Positions 52,557-64,000 of a DNA stretch of 64,000 nucleotides are shown here, piece after piece. Within the stretch, counting starts at the first letter, position 1, and the number at the start of each line of letters is the position of its first letter. A program made the translations under genes and the position numbers. The notes under the pieces are model-generated. The model ran no database searches and had not been told where the DNA came from. It saw nothing but the letters and a program-made list of their open reading frames with translations. Source of the DNA: Pseudovirgaria hyperparasitica (Eukaryota); assembly GCA_010093815.1 (NCBI GenBank), contig ML996572.1; one strand, given 5' to 3'.

Positions 52557-53055
52557 GGGACATCACGGTGTGTTTTCTCGACACATATATTTTCTTTGGT
52601 TATCCCTCCTGTCCTTCCAGCGATCCCGTCGGTCTGTATTAGACGCAGACTCCCTACGCACATGGCTACAAACATGTCGCATTTTCTTTCTCAACATTTT
52701 CTTGAGTATGGTTGGCATGAACGAAGAGCACAACGGGCGTTTAGATCTGATAAGGAGGATCACAATGGCGGCGCTGGGCTGGCGCTTACGGATACGGCAT
52801 TCTTTTCGTTGTATAGGCGCCTGGCGAATGCAGCTTGGCGTGCCATCTTTCGGGTATCTGTATCTACGGTCTAGTAGATAGATAAATTGCATACGGACTT
52901 GTACATCCATTTAATCGCACATGACTGAATCGAGCGCAACATGCGAATGATGCAACGTCCATTACAAGTCAGACCAGACCCCCCGATCCTTTGTATAGAT
53001 AGAAAGGTTTGGGCGAAGTCGAGACCGTAACAATTCATTTATGGAAGCTTCTCCT

Positions 53056-53650
53056 CTACCTTGCATCGACCTTGATGATATGATACCCTTCCTTCGACTT
53101 GGCCGTCCCAATCCACATATTCCCGCCCTGACTAACCGGCAACCACAGCGCAACATCGGTGAACTCGGCCATATTGCCCACCTTGGATATCACGCCCAAC
53201 GCACCACCTGCAACACACCATATAAGCACTCACTACAAAACCTCTACCTACGTACTGTAGACCCTAATGAAATAAAATCCCAAAATGCCCCCCCTCCCCC
53301 TTTCCCAAAGAAAAACAACATCAGAAGAGCGAAGGAGACATACCATTCTTCTTCTTCTCCTCCGAGTACTTCTCCACCACAGCCGCCCAGTCGGTCCCAG
53401 CACGTAGCTCCTCAAGTGCGCTGCGCATGGGTCCTTCCTTGGACGTGAAGATGCCGCTGCATTTGGCGGATTGGACGCCTTTGAGCGCGCTGATCTCCGG
53501 GTATTCGTCGTGCCAGAGTTTGGGCGCTTTGGCGTATTTGGCGTCGAGGGTGTCGATTATTGTTAGGCCTTTGTTGCTGGATTTGGGATTGGTGGTGGTG
53601 GTGGTTGTTCTGGATTTGGTGTCTTTGGGCTGGGGCTTGGGTTTGGGCAT
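53056..53650 (-). CDS. Divergent parvulin-type PPIase (Par14/Pin4-like), ~152 aa; exons 53650-53344, 53207-53056
   Basis: Basic N-terminus, ALEELRAG..W..V..KYSEEK..NGGALG.., C-terminal AKSKEGYHIIKVDAR; intron 53208-53343 (GTATGT..CAG). Confidence 0.8.
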
Positions 53651-53943
53651 TTTGGAGAGGATTTTGGGGGGGGGTTTGGGTTGGGGGTTTGATATAGATG
53701 GTTGGAGGGTTGGAGATGGAAGTGTATGGAGTGGGGTTAGGAGGGAGGAGTGGGGATACAAGGCGGACATGGCAGGGATGTGTGATGGTGCTGCGCCAGG
53801 CATCAAGGCAGCACTTCGTCATTGAGGGCTATAAAAAGGGTATTATCCATTTTGACGACTTCATAAACCAAGTAAAACACACACAACGCAAACCACAAAA
53901 CACCACATCACCATCTACATAGAAACACCACCACCCTCCCAAA

Positions 53944-54681
53944 ATGCCCTCTCCCCCTCCCACTCCCTCCACCCCCCTACCCCTCCCCACCCTCCCCAAA
54001 ACCATAACCTACCACCCAACCTTCCTCACTCCCACCGAACAATCCACCCTCCTCTCCTCCCTCCCCCAAACCCACTGGATCCCCCTCTCCAACCGCCGCC
54101 TCCAAGCCTGGCCCTCCCCCCTCACACCCACCACATCCACCCTCCTCACCACCACCCGCCTCCCCCCCTTCCTCACAGACCCAATCCTCCCCCGTCTAGC
54201 CCAACTAGGCATCTTCAGAAACACAGCCCACGGCGCACCAAATCACGTCCTGGTCAACGAATACGCACCAGGCCAAGGCATCATGCCACATGAAGACGGG
54301 CCGGCGTACGCGGGCGTTGTGGCGACGGTTAGTCTGGGGGGCGCGGTCGTGCTTGAGATTTGGGGCAAGGGGGATGGCGAAGGGAGTGCAGACGAAACCA
54401 GCATAGTAGAAGGAGAGAGGAAACCCCTCTACCGCATCCTCCAGGAACCTGGCTCCCTGCTCGTCACCACGGGGGAGGCATACACGGACTACCTGCACGG
54501 CATCGCGGCTGTCGAGGTCGACGAGGATGTAAATGAGGCGTCGATTGCGAATTGGCATGTTTTGGGGGATCGGGGGGCGTATGCGGGGGGCAGGAATGTG
54601 AGGGGTACGAGGACGAGTTTGACGTATCGGGATGTGCTGAGGGTGAGGGATGGGAGGCGGATTTTGGGGTTGAGGGGGTGA
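53944..54681 (+). CDS. AlkB-family 2OG-Fe(II) dioxygenase, ALKBH6-like, 245 aa
   Basis: PNHVLVNEYAPGQGIMPHEDGP (HxD), YLHGI, RGTRTSLTYR. Confidence 0.92.
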   Translation: MPSPPPTPSTPLPLPTLPKTITYHPTFLTPTEQSTLLSSLPQTHWIPLSNRRLQAWPSPLTPTTSTLLTTTRLPPFLTDPILPRLAQLGIFRNTAHGAPNHVLVNEYAPGQGIMPHEDGPAYAGVVATVSLGGAVVLEIWGKGDGEGSADETSIVEGERKPLYRILQEPGSLLVTTGEAYTDYLHGIAAVEVDEDVNEASIANWHVLGDRGAYAGGRNVRGTRTSLTYRDVLRVRDGRRILGLRG

Positions 54682-55741
54682 GCGAGGATGGATAATCTGG
54701 TGCTGAGGATGTGGAGAGAGTGTTTCTGGGATGGGCGTCGCTCGATGCGCTCGAACTCGACGACTACTGAGCCTCACGACACTCCACACCACACACGACG
54801 AACCAGACATCCAACATCCAAGCACAACATCCAACCCCTTCCACGACCCAAAGACCCATACGCCCTTGAAAAACATCTATAAAACCACACCAGAGCACAT
54901 CTCACACCCAAAACAGGCGTTCTCGTCAAACGCATTCCGACCTCGCCATACATACATACCTACCTGCCTCCCTACCTCCTCCAAGCCCCAATCTAATCCA
55001 CTCCAACACCCAAACCCAACAACGAAGAAACGGGAATCTCACTCACTCACTCACTCACTCACCCATCCCCAAAACCAACAATCCCATCAACACCCAACAT
55101 CCGCGGCCAACATCGAAACCCCGTACTAACCCCCATGCCAAGCACGCGGAGCTCTACTGATACCTTATACAACGAAAACAGTCCATCATCTACGAACCTT
55201 GACATGAGGTCGAGGGTCGATATATACCATCGAGAATAAATGGCGATACGTAGTAATAGCGGGAGATGACTGATGACTTATGATTACGGTTGCGGCGCAC
55301 GGTATGATATATGGCTGATAAGGTGGATGTATATCTGGTTAGGTGGACGTATGATATCTGGCCGAGGGAGTGTGTTTGGCTCTTTATAAAATTGGATTGA
55401 ATTGAGTGGGAGGGAGGACAGAATGGGATGTGATGTACGGCGATGAGATGGGATGGGTTGTAATGCGATATGCAGCAACATACCCCAACACACCGTATCG
55501 AGCGCCCTGACTACACATAGAAGAAGAAGAAGAAGAAGACGACGCAGTGCAAAGACAAAAAGCTCCAGACAGAAGACAGCAGAAAGTCACACGACGACGC
55601 AACACTCTCTCATTGCCCATTCTACACCTAATATAAACATGTTCCCACACACACACCGAGACCACAACGCTAACCATTCACTGCCCCTTCCCAAGTTCAA
55701 TACAACGGCACGGCATCACATCACATCATATCTCATCCTCA

Positions 55742-58690
55742 TCATCTGGGCTGCTCGTCATGAACGGGCGTCGCACCAAGCACCCACCCCAACCCACTCG
55801 CCAGCGCGCGCGACCCGCCCGTCACCGTACTCGCAAGCATATCCCGCTTCCTCACCCTCATCTCCTCGCTGCCCTCCATATCCACACTGTCCGTCGACAT
55901 ATCTCTCTCATGTGCCTGTTGCTGCTGCTGTTGCTGCTGCTGCTGTCCAGCCGCCCGCTTCGCGCCCATGCCCGCCGTGCGCGAAAACGCGGCCGCGGCA
56001 CCCCTGGCCACATCAAAGAGGCCCATTGGCGCCTCTTCGACGGCGCCTCTGCCCACCTCTCTGCGCGGCTGGATGTGCACGCTCTCGGCAAAGGCGCCGG
56101 GGAGCCGGTGGTCAGCGTGGTCGTCCCAGCTCTCTTCCTCGGCCTGCTCGCGGGCGAGGCATTCGTTCATTTCGGCTTCGACTTCCATGTAGACGGATAG
56201 GATTTCGGCTAGGGCGGAGGGTGGTGCGGCTAGGAGGGATTGCGAGAGGAGGTCCATGCGTTGTTCAAGGCGGCGGAGGTGGGCTGAGGATGTGAGGGTG
56301 GCTGAGGAGGATGGGGTGGAGTGGCGGCCGGCTATGAAGGCGGCGCGCCAGGAGGATGTGTCTTTGGTGGATCCGGTGTTTGTGTCTGCGTTTGTGGGGT
56401 CGGGGGTGGAGACGCCGGGCATGCGGTTGACGACATAGGAGTAGGCGGTTTCGAAGTCGTCTTCGCGAAGGGATGCCTCGATTGTCATGCCGAGAACCCG
56501 CTGCTCGGTGGCTTCTTTTTGTGCGGATATTGAGGAGGATTGAGATGGAGAGAGAGAATCAGGGGCTGCACCAACACCAGCGGCGATGAGGTTGCAGCCG
56601 ATCTCCATAAGGTCGTCTAGCTTGGTGTACGATGAGGGATTCTGCTCGAGGAGGTCGTTGATGAGGGACAGGGGGTCACTTCGAATGCGTATGCTAACTG
56701 GCTGGAAAGGAACGCCTCGCTGTTGGGTCAAGGAGTAAAAGGACAGGGAGTGTGTCGCAGAGAGGAGAGCTTCTGTCCGTTTGAAGGCATCTGATCTTGG
56801 GAAGTGGGGCTGGAAGGTAGCGATTCTATGCAGCAATTAGATTTAACCCTTTATATGCCAAGTAGATCTAGGACTCACATTGTAGAGACTTTCTTCATGT
56901 TGCCTCTCGTGCGATTTCCATTGCTGGCGGTGTCGTAGTACTGCAGAGCGACTTCTAAGATGACATTTTCAACGTCGCCCAACGAAAGTGTCTGTTCTCG
57001 GGGTTGTTTGACATATGTCGTAAGCACAAGCTCATATTCTTTTAGTCACAGTCAGCATTCATTCGCCCCTAGATTGCTGCCTGAATCAAGCAATATTCGG
57101 AAGTGGCAGGGGTCACTTACGTCCTCCATTCAGAAAGGCCCTCAGGATCTCCCGTTCGAAATTCTCCCGTTTGATCTTCCCAAAGATGCCGAATCCTTCT
57201 TGTATTGCATCCTTCTGACCGACCAGACCCCAGTTCCAGAGCCAGATCAGCTGTTTCCTCAGGACTTCCCACTTGTGACTCCACTTGTGGCTCTCTTTGC
57301 CCACAATCTCGCCCGCGCCGTGCAGGATCTTCTGCAGCATTTGAGTTTGCTCATCTTCTTCACTGTGGAAACGCATATGGGCGACATTCTTGATGGACAT
57401 ACTATAGCCGAGATTGGCCAGGGTGTATGCCGAGTAGATGAAAATCTGCAGGAGCGCAAAGGTCTTGATATTGGGAGAAGTGAGCGGGTGCTCCTTATCC
57501 AACAAGGAATCAGGCGAAAGCGCCTTTGGTGACGTGTTGTGCATGATAGAGGTGGCGTCTTCGATTTTGGGCAGCATTTCAACACTTGTGGCAAGATCAG
57601 GCGGGGGCTCAAAGTCCATCAGACTTGCCAGTCGCACGAGCAGTGAATGTGCGCCAGAGATGGTGTCGGCAGTGTCGGCTTCGACAGCATACGCGGTTGC
57701 AAAGGCAGCCTGCGCATACCGCTGTTCCAGTTGTCTCTGTGAGTCTTCGGTCAAGTAATGCGGGGACTGCTCGTAGCCCCCTAGGTCCACGTCTCCCGGG
57801 CCGTCCCACTCTTCTATGCCCGCTATGACGACAGTGAAGTTCGCTGCAGCCTGCTCGACCAGCCACTTGAATGCGTAGTCCCAATCTTGAGCTTGCGCGG
57901 TGTCAAGACTGGACGAATCGCCGTCGTCTCTGCCTGCAGAAATGGCATGACGATGCTGGTCGTTGGTAATCTTCCGCCGTTTACGGTCCGATGATCCATA
58001 CACCCATGGACCGACGAGGCCACGGATATCTCTTGCGATGTTGTTCGGAGCTTCGGCACGGGTGGGCCCAGGCTTAGGCTTGAGAGCGCGCGAAAGCAAG
58101 AGGTTGATAGCTTTGGTGCCTCCAAGGGTCACAAACGAGTCGAGGGAGGATTCGACCGCGTGATCTGGGTAGTATTCGTACTCCTGGCGAAGGAGAGGGA
58201 GGCAGGCGGATATGAACCATGTTTTCAGGTACTGTGAGTACTCGAGGAAGGGCGCAACGAGCTTCGGGACGAGGTCGAAGAGGCCGGTTTCTGAGTGAAT
58301 GCGATGCGCGCGATGGATGAGGAAGTTTGTCAAGTCATCCGTGCCCTCGTGTGTATATGCATAATGTGGTAGTGGAAGCAGTTGAGCCTTGTTAACCTTG
58401 GATCGTGCTTTTTTGTCGGAGACGCCATTCAACGCCGAGAAGTCAAGGTCCCCGGCGGTGGAGTCGGTGTCGAACTGGCCGGATATCAACTCTGAGCAGA
58501 GCGGGACATAGGCGGAGGGATCAATGCTCTCGGGGAGGTATGTGAGGATGATGCGCAGGACGAGGGGGGTACTCAGGTCGGTATGACGTGCGCGAACGAC
58601 GGCTCGAAGGGCAGGTATGTTGGCATCGGAGGCATAGCGTATGGCGAGGAGCACACACTTGGGCGGAGAGAGGTGCTGGAGTGTATCCAT
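55742..58690 (-). CDS. SEC39: Sec39-domain protein (Dsl1 tethering complex); exons 58690-57121, 57038-56879, 56825-55742
   Basis: LRIILTYLPE near the N-terminus; YYDTASNGNRTRGNMKK in exon 2; SWRAAF; C-terminal LASGLGWVLGA. Confidence 0.88.
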
Positions 58691-59917
58691 GATCGAGCAG
58701 TTGGGCGGGTGAGAGAGTGCGAGGCCATTCCAATGTTTGGTTTTGCATCGTCGAAGACTTGGATGCCACGATTTGTGGTATCAACATCGGGCGCAAGCCA
58801 CATGCTTCAGCCACATGCTTCAGCCACAGCTACAAGCCACAAGTCAATGTCAACCTCCGGTCCAGACAGTACTGTGAGCAGCGTATTTCTCAGTCCATGA
58901 AGTCAACATCGCATGTATCTTGTAGAGTCCAGACCACAATCACAACCACAACATCAACTCCACTGACACCCCAGACTTCCAGTAGTGCAGCCAAAACCCC
59001 CACCCCAGATCATGCACATCAGACACGGCACACGATACTCAGACGGTACAAGTCAACAACAAATGCATCGAATGTTCAGCGTCACCGCCACGAATCGGCC
59101 CGTTCCCCGCACCATTTGCCGACACAATGGCCGTCCGCGGTGTTTGAATCTCATCGTAAATCCCTCGTATTATCTCGAGTCAGGGGCAGCTCAGTGACTA
59201 CTTGTTTCGGCACAGGAAGAACTATTCGAGGAAAGTCATGTCAAAAGTTGTGGTTGAAAGCTGTCAAAACTACTGTGGATGGACGGTGACACGTGCAAAA
59301 CGCAACAACCGCAAGCTCGGCCGGGAAATCCGGGTCGAAGGGCCCACACGGCGGGTCACGGTCACGGGTCACGGGTCACGCGACGCCGCCTCTGCCCGGA
59401 AGCGAAATTGACGTCTGACGAGACGAGACGAGGTACAACTTGAAGACGAGAGACAAGAAACGCAGAGTCGACAGTCGAGCATTCAGTTTCATCTTTCAAT
59501 CCAATAAGGCCGTCTTAAGCATCGTCTTCCATGCTAAGCAAGGAGGAGCCGACTACCACTCAATTGCCGAACATCACCACCTTTTGCACCCCACCACCGA
59601 ACAAAACACCACCTACGTCTCGTCAGGCTTCTGATAAGCGCCCATCCCAGGCTTCTAGACTCCAAGTCTCCTCCCCTAGACTCCCGTCTTACGCCGTCGG
59701 CAATTGGGACGCTCGCGACTCGTTGTCCCAGGGCAAAGAGCGACAAGGCTGCGCTTCCCCGTGGGTTCCCCCCGCATTCAGGATCTGCAACTCTGCATTC
59801 GCTCTATAAATCCTACCTGACGCCCCCCCACCAACAGGTCCTGCTCAAAGGTCCTGCGCTGGCCCTGGACTGTACCTCAGCCCTTCAAGTCAAGCCGCCG
59901 TTGCAAGCAGCCTCAGC

Positions 59918-61712
59918 ATGGCGACGACAACAACGACGACGACCAAGACTGGAGAGGCCATTGTGCCCCAGGAGCATCCCGTCACTTCCAATGACAAGGC
60001 CAGGGACCTCATGGTCGACGGCGCCCGCGCCGCCACCGACAACGAGCACAACATGACGCTCATGCAGGGCATCAAGCTGTATCCCAAGGCCGTCGCGTGG
60101 AGCATGCTCATCTCAACCTGCATCGCCATGGAAGCCTACGACCTCTGCCTCCTCAACAACTTCTTCGCGCTCGACCCGTTCAAGCGGCAGTTCGGGCAGC
60201 CGCTCACCTCCGGCCCGGACGCGGGCAAGTACGAAATCACGGCGCCGTGGCAGGCCGGCCTGACCAACGGCGTCGTGGCCGGCGAAATCATCGGCCTGCT
60301 CATCAACGGCTACGTCTCCGAGCGCTTCGGATACCGCTACACCGTCATGGCCTGCCTCACCCTCATCCTCGCCTTCACCGCCATCTTCTTCACCGCCACC
60401 ACCATCGAGCAGCTGCTCGTTGCCGAAATCATCGCCGGCATCCCCTGGGGCGTCTTCCAGGCCCTCACCATCACCTACGCCTCCGAGGTCTGCCCCGTCG
60501 CCCTCCGCGGCTACCTCACCACCTACGTCAACTTCTGCTGGGGCCTCGGCCAGGTCATCGGCGTAGGCGTCATCAAATCCCTCTCCACCCGCGACGACGA
60601 GTGGTCCTACCGCATCCCATACGTAAGTCCCCCCTTTCTTTTCCCACCCCCTTTCCTCTTCTCAAACCCAACACTAAACCTCCTCCCCCCAAACACAGGC
60701 CCTCCAATGGATGTGGCCCATCCCGCTCCTCATAGGCGTCTTCTTCGCCCCCGAATCCCCCTGGTGGCTCGTCCGCAAGCACCGCCTCGCCGACGCCAAA
60801 GCCGCCCTCCTCCGCCTCACCAGCCCGGCGCGCCTCCCCTCCTTCAACCCCGACGAAACAATCGCCATGATGGCCCACACCACCGCGCTCGAAGCCCGCC
60901 TCACCGCCGGCGCCTCCTACACAGACTGCTTCCGCGGCACCGACCTGCGCCGCACCGAAATCATCGCCATGTGCTGGGCCATCCAGAACCTCTCCGGCAA
61001 CTCCTTCTCCGGCTTCTCAACCTACTTCCTCCTCCAGTCCGGCCTCGACCAATCCACTTCCTACTCCTTCGCCCTCGGCCAGTACGCCATCAACATGGCC
61101 GGCGTCTTCGCGGCTTGGGCCCTCATGAGCCGCGGCATCGGCCGTCGAACGCTCTACATCGCCGGTCTCGCAGGCCTCACCACCATCCTAACAACAATCG
61201 GCTTCCTAGCCCTCATCCCCTCTGCCCACCGCCCCCGCGCCTCCCTAGCAACAGGCTCCCTAATGATCCTCTGGGCCGCAATCTACCAACTCACAGTCGG
61301 CACAGTCTGCTACTCCCTCGTCGCAGAGCTCTCCACCCGCCGCCTCGCCATCAAGACCGTCGCGCTCGGCCGCGCAGCCTACAACGTCATCTCCATCATC
61401 TGCAACATTCTGACCCCCTATATGCTCAACCCCGGCGCCTGGAACTGGCGCAACTATGCGGGCTTTTTCTGGGCGGGGTCCTGCGCGCTTTGTGTGGTTT
61501 ATGCGTATTTTCGCATTCCGGAGCCGAGTGGACGGTCGTTTGCTGAGTTGGATTTGCTTTTTGAAAAGGGGGTTAGTGCGAGGGGGTTTAGGGGGGCGGT
61601 GGTGGATGTTTTTGAGGAGGGGGGGTTGGATGAGGGGGTTGTGGGGGCGTTTGGGAGGAAGGGTAGTGTTGCTGGTGGGGTGGGGGTGGAGAAGCAGGAG
61701 TTTGCGGTTTAG
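59918..61712 (+). CDS. MFS sugar porter, maltose/alpha-glucoside permease family; exons 59918-60622, 60699-61712
   Basis: YASEVCPVALRGYLTTYVNFCW, RIPYALQW across intron 60623-60698, APESPWWLVR, PEPSGRSFAELDLLFEKGVSAR. Confidence 0.95.
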
Positions 61713-62179
61713 GTTTTGGGGTGGTTGAGAGGGGCATATGTGTGGACTTGGGATGTATGACACTTCGAGTATGCGTCAGACGGGAAGGAAGAGTATGGTA
61801 GTAGCATGGATAGTTGGATACAGAACACACGCATACTACACGGGCACAGCACAAAATGTACACACCTCATGCTGGGAGATGAAAACTTGTGTGAGTTTGT
61901 TCACTATATATATATATACACGCAATCCCGCATGTCGCGGTGCATTCATCCATCCATCCATCCATCCATCGCTATGCTACTGTTTACGCAACACACATCA
62001 CGTTCCCCTATTCATATCATACACCCACAAACCCCCCAATCCATCCGTCCACAAATCCATACATACATGCATACACACACACACGCACGAACGCACGTCC
62101 AAAGCAAGCAAGCCCTCCACTCCCCCCCAAAGAACACCCTAAACACCCCACTACAAGCCCACCCTACTTCAAGCCCACC

Positions 62180-64000
62180 CTACTTCATCCCCTTCAAAAA
62201 CCCATCCAGGTTAAACTCCTCCTCATACTGCCTCTCATCCCACAACTCGCCAATCTCATCGAGAAAGCCCTTCTTGCCCTTCTCGCGCAGCTCGCCCGTG
62301 GCGTCAACGGCGTCTTCGGCGTTGACGAGCGCACCATCACTGTCCTGCTGGTTCTGGTAGGCGGCCGGGCCGTCGGCGGAGGAGTCGGTGGAGATGTTGA
62401 AGAGGTCGAGGATCTGGTCTGTTTCCATGGTGCCGAGGCCGGCGTTTTGCTGGTTGACGACGGTGGAGGCGACGTCGATCTTGAAGCGTTGGAGGCTGCA
62501 TGGGTTGTTAGTGAATGGGGTACGTCATAGGGCAAGCAAGCAGAGGGGACCTACCTCAAAATCTTCTCCTCCAGCGTCCCGCGCGTCACGATCCGGTACA
62601 CGTTCACGACCTTCTTCTGGCCGATGCGATGCGCCCGGTCCATGGCCTGCATGTCCTTCTGCGGATTCCAGTCGTGCTCCACAAAGATAACCGTGTCTGC
62701 CCCCGTCAGGTTCAGCCCCAGCCCACCCACGCTCGTCGTCAGCAGCAACACATCATAGCTCGGGTCGCTGTTGAATTTATTCACAATGTCTTGCCGCTTC
62801 GAGGACTCGACCGAGCCGTCCATGCGCAGGAATTGCACGGATGGCAGCAGTTTGGCGAGCACTTCGCTCTGCACCATGTCGAGCATTTCCTTCATCTGGC
62901 AGAAGATGAGCGCGCGGTGCTGGGACACGGCGGAGCTGGCGGAAGGAATGTCGGTGACGCCGTGCGTGGGGTCGGACGAGGGCGCGCCGATGCCGCAGTC
63001 GACAAGCAAGTCTCGCAGTGCCATCAGCTTGGGTGCGTGCACGGGGTCTTTCAACGTGGTGCCTTGGGCGCGCAGGTATGCTTGTGTTTGGGCATAGTCT
63101 TTGTGGCCCTCCTTCATGACAAAGGCCGGCGAGTTGCAGAGCTTGCGCATGTATTGCAGGGCCTGGAAGATGTGTTTCTTGGCCTCTTTGTCCGACGCGC
63201 TGGCCTGTTCGGCAATAGCCTTGCCTTGTGTCTTGGTGAAGTTTTCGAAGAGGCGCTTTTGCAGGTCAGACAAGTCGCAGTAGTAGTTTTGGAGGATCTT
63301 GGGCGGCAGGTCGTTGAGGACTTCTTCTTTGAGGCGGCGGAGCAGGAACGGGAGGACTTGTTTGTGCAGGGCTTCAATCGCGAGCGCGCCGGCTTCTTGT
63401 TCTTTGGAGGACGACTTGCTGAATCTGCTGGCGGCGATGGGTTTGGCGAAGCGGTCTTGGAACACCTTTTCAGTTCCGAGAAAGCCGGGCATCAGGAAGT
63501 CGAATAGTGACCAGAGCTCCAGCACGTTGTTCTGGATAGGCGTGCCGGAGAGGATCAGCCGATGATTACTGGCGAGTTGCTTGACAGCAACGGTCGTCTT
63601 TGCTTTCGAATTCTTGATCAGATGGCCTTCGTCAAGCACGAGATAGTTCCATTGAAGCGGTCGCAGCACATCGCTATCATTGCGAGCAATCTCGTACGAC
63701 GTAATGACGATATCCACGGATTGCAGTCTTGACCGCACCTTGGCACGCTCAACCGGCGGTCCAACATAAGCAGCCGCAGTGAGGAAGGGCGCATACGTCT
63801 TGATTTCTTGTTGCCAATGCCCGGACAGGGTCGGTGGGCAGATGATGAGGGTGGGCAGACGCCTGGAATCGGGCGACTGTGTTTTGGCGTGCTCTTCCGC
63901 CCGCATGTGATGATCGCTGGCCACCATACAAAGTGTTTGTAGCGTTTTGCCAAGCCCCATGTCATCGCAAAGAATGCCATGTAGGTGATATCTGTTTAGG
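62180..64000 (-). CDS. MOT1: TBP-associated SNF2 ATPase Mot1/BTAF1, 3' part (5' end outside window); exons >64000-62555, 62495-62180
   Basis: GILCDDMGLGKT, DEGH, SGTPIQN, QAMDRAHRIGQ; C-terminal SLQRFKIDVASTVVNQQN and LWDERQYEEEF; intron 62496-62554. Confidence 0.96.

Noticed and set aside
59348..59381. (GG)GTCAC tandem motif between SEC39 and the permease as an AmyR/MalR site
   Set aside because: CGG spacing does not match the CGG-N8-CGG consensus; no support beyond a short repeat
62515..63507. Long antisense or alternative-frame ORFs (also 55453-56295, 39798-40640, 8853-9605)
   Set aside because: Shadows of GC-rich, codon-biased genes on the opposite strand

Overview
Eukaryotic, intron-containing DNA from a filamentous ascomycete (Pezizomycotina; Dothideomycetes is a guess from gene style). 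About 20 protein genes can be modelled by hand: a secreted alpha/beta-hydrolase, LRA2-type lactonase, small secreted protein, ARC15, a 4-TM membrane protein, GH11 xylanase-CBM1, TPT1, a P-loop ATPase, CLU1, a cytochrome P450, a CBM52 + six-hairpin glycosidase, a DUF1772 protein, an F-box/LRR protein, a divergent parvulin, an ALKBH6-like dioxygenase, SEC39, an alpha-glucoside MFS permease and the 3' part of MOT1. There are also two gene relics and two assembly gaps. The main highlight is a ~13 kb apparent gene desert (9.84-23.0 kb). It contains a probable spliced transcript whose first AUG opens a 32-codon micro-ORF (MIVRVELAMPMGRGAYDTTGTPKPPPPPPKRR), flanked by two well-formed introns and too short for the ORF track. 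The desert also holds a TIR/TSD-bounded non-autonomous DNA transposon. Other points are a parvulin with altered active-site residues, a required GC-AG intron, and a stop-free in-frame ARC15 intron. All calls come from reading motifs and splice signals; no database searches were run.
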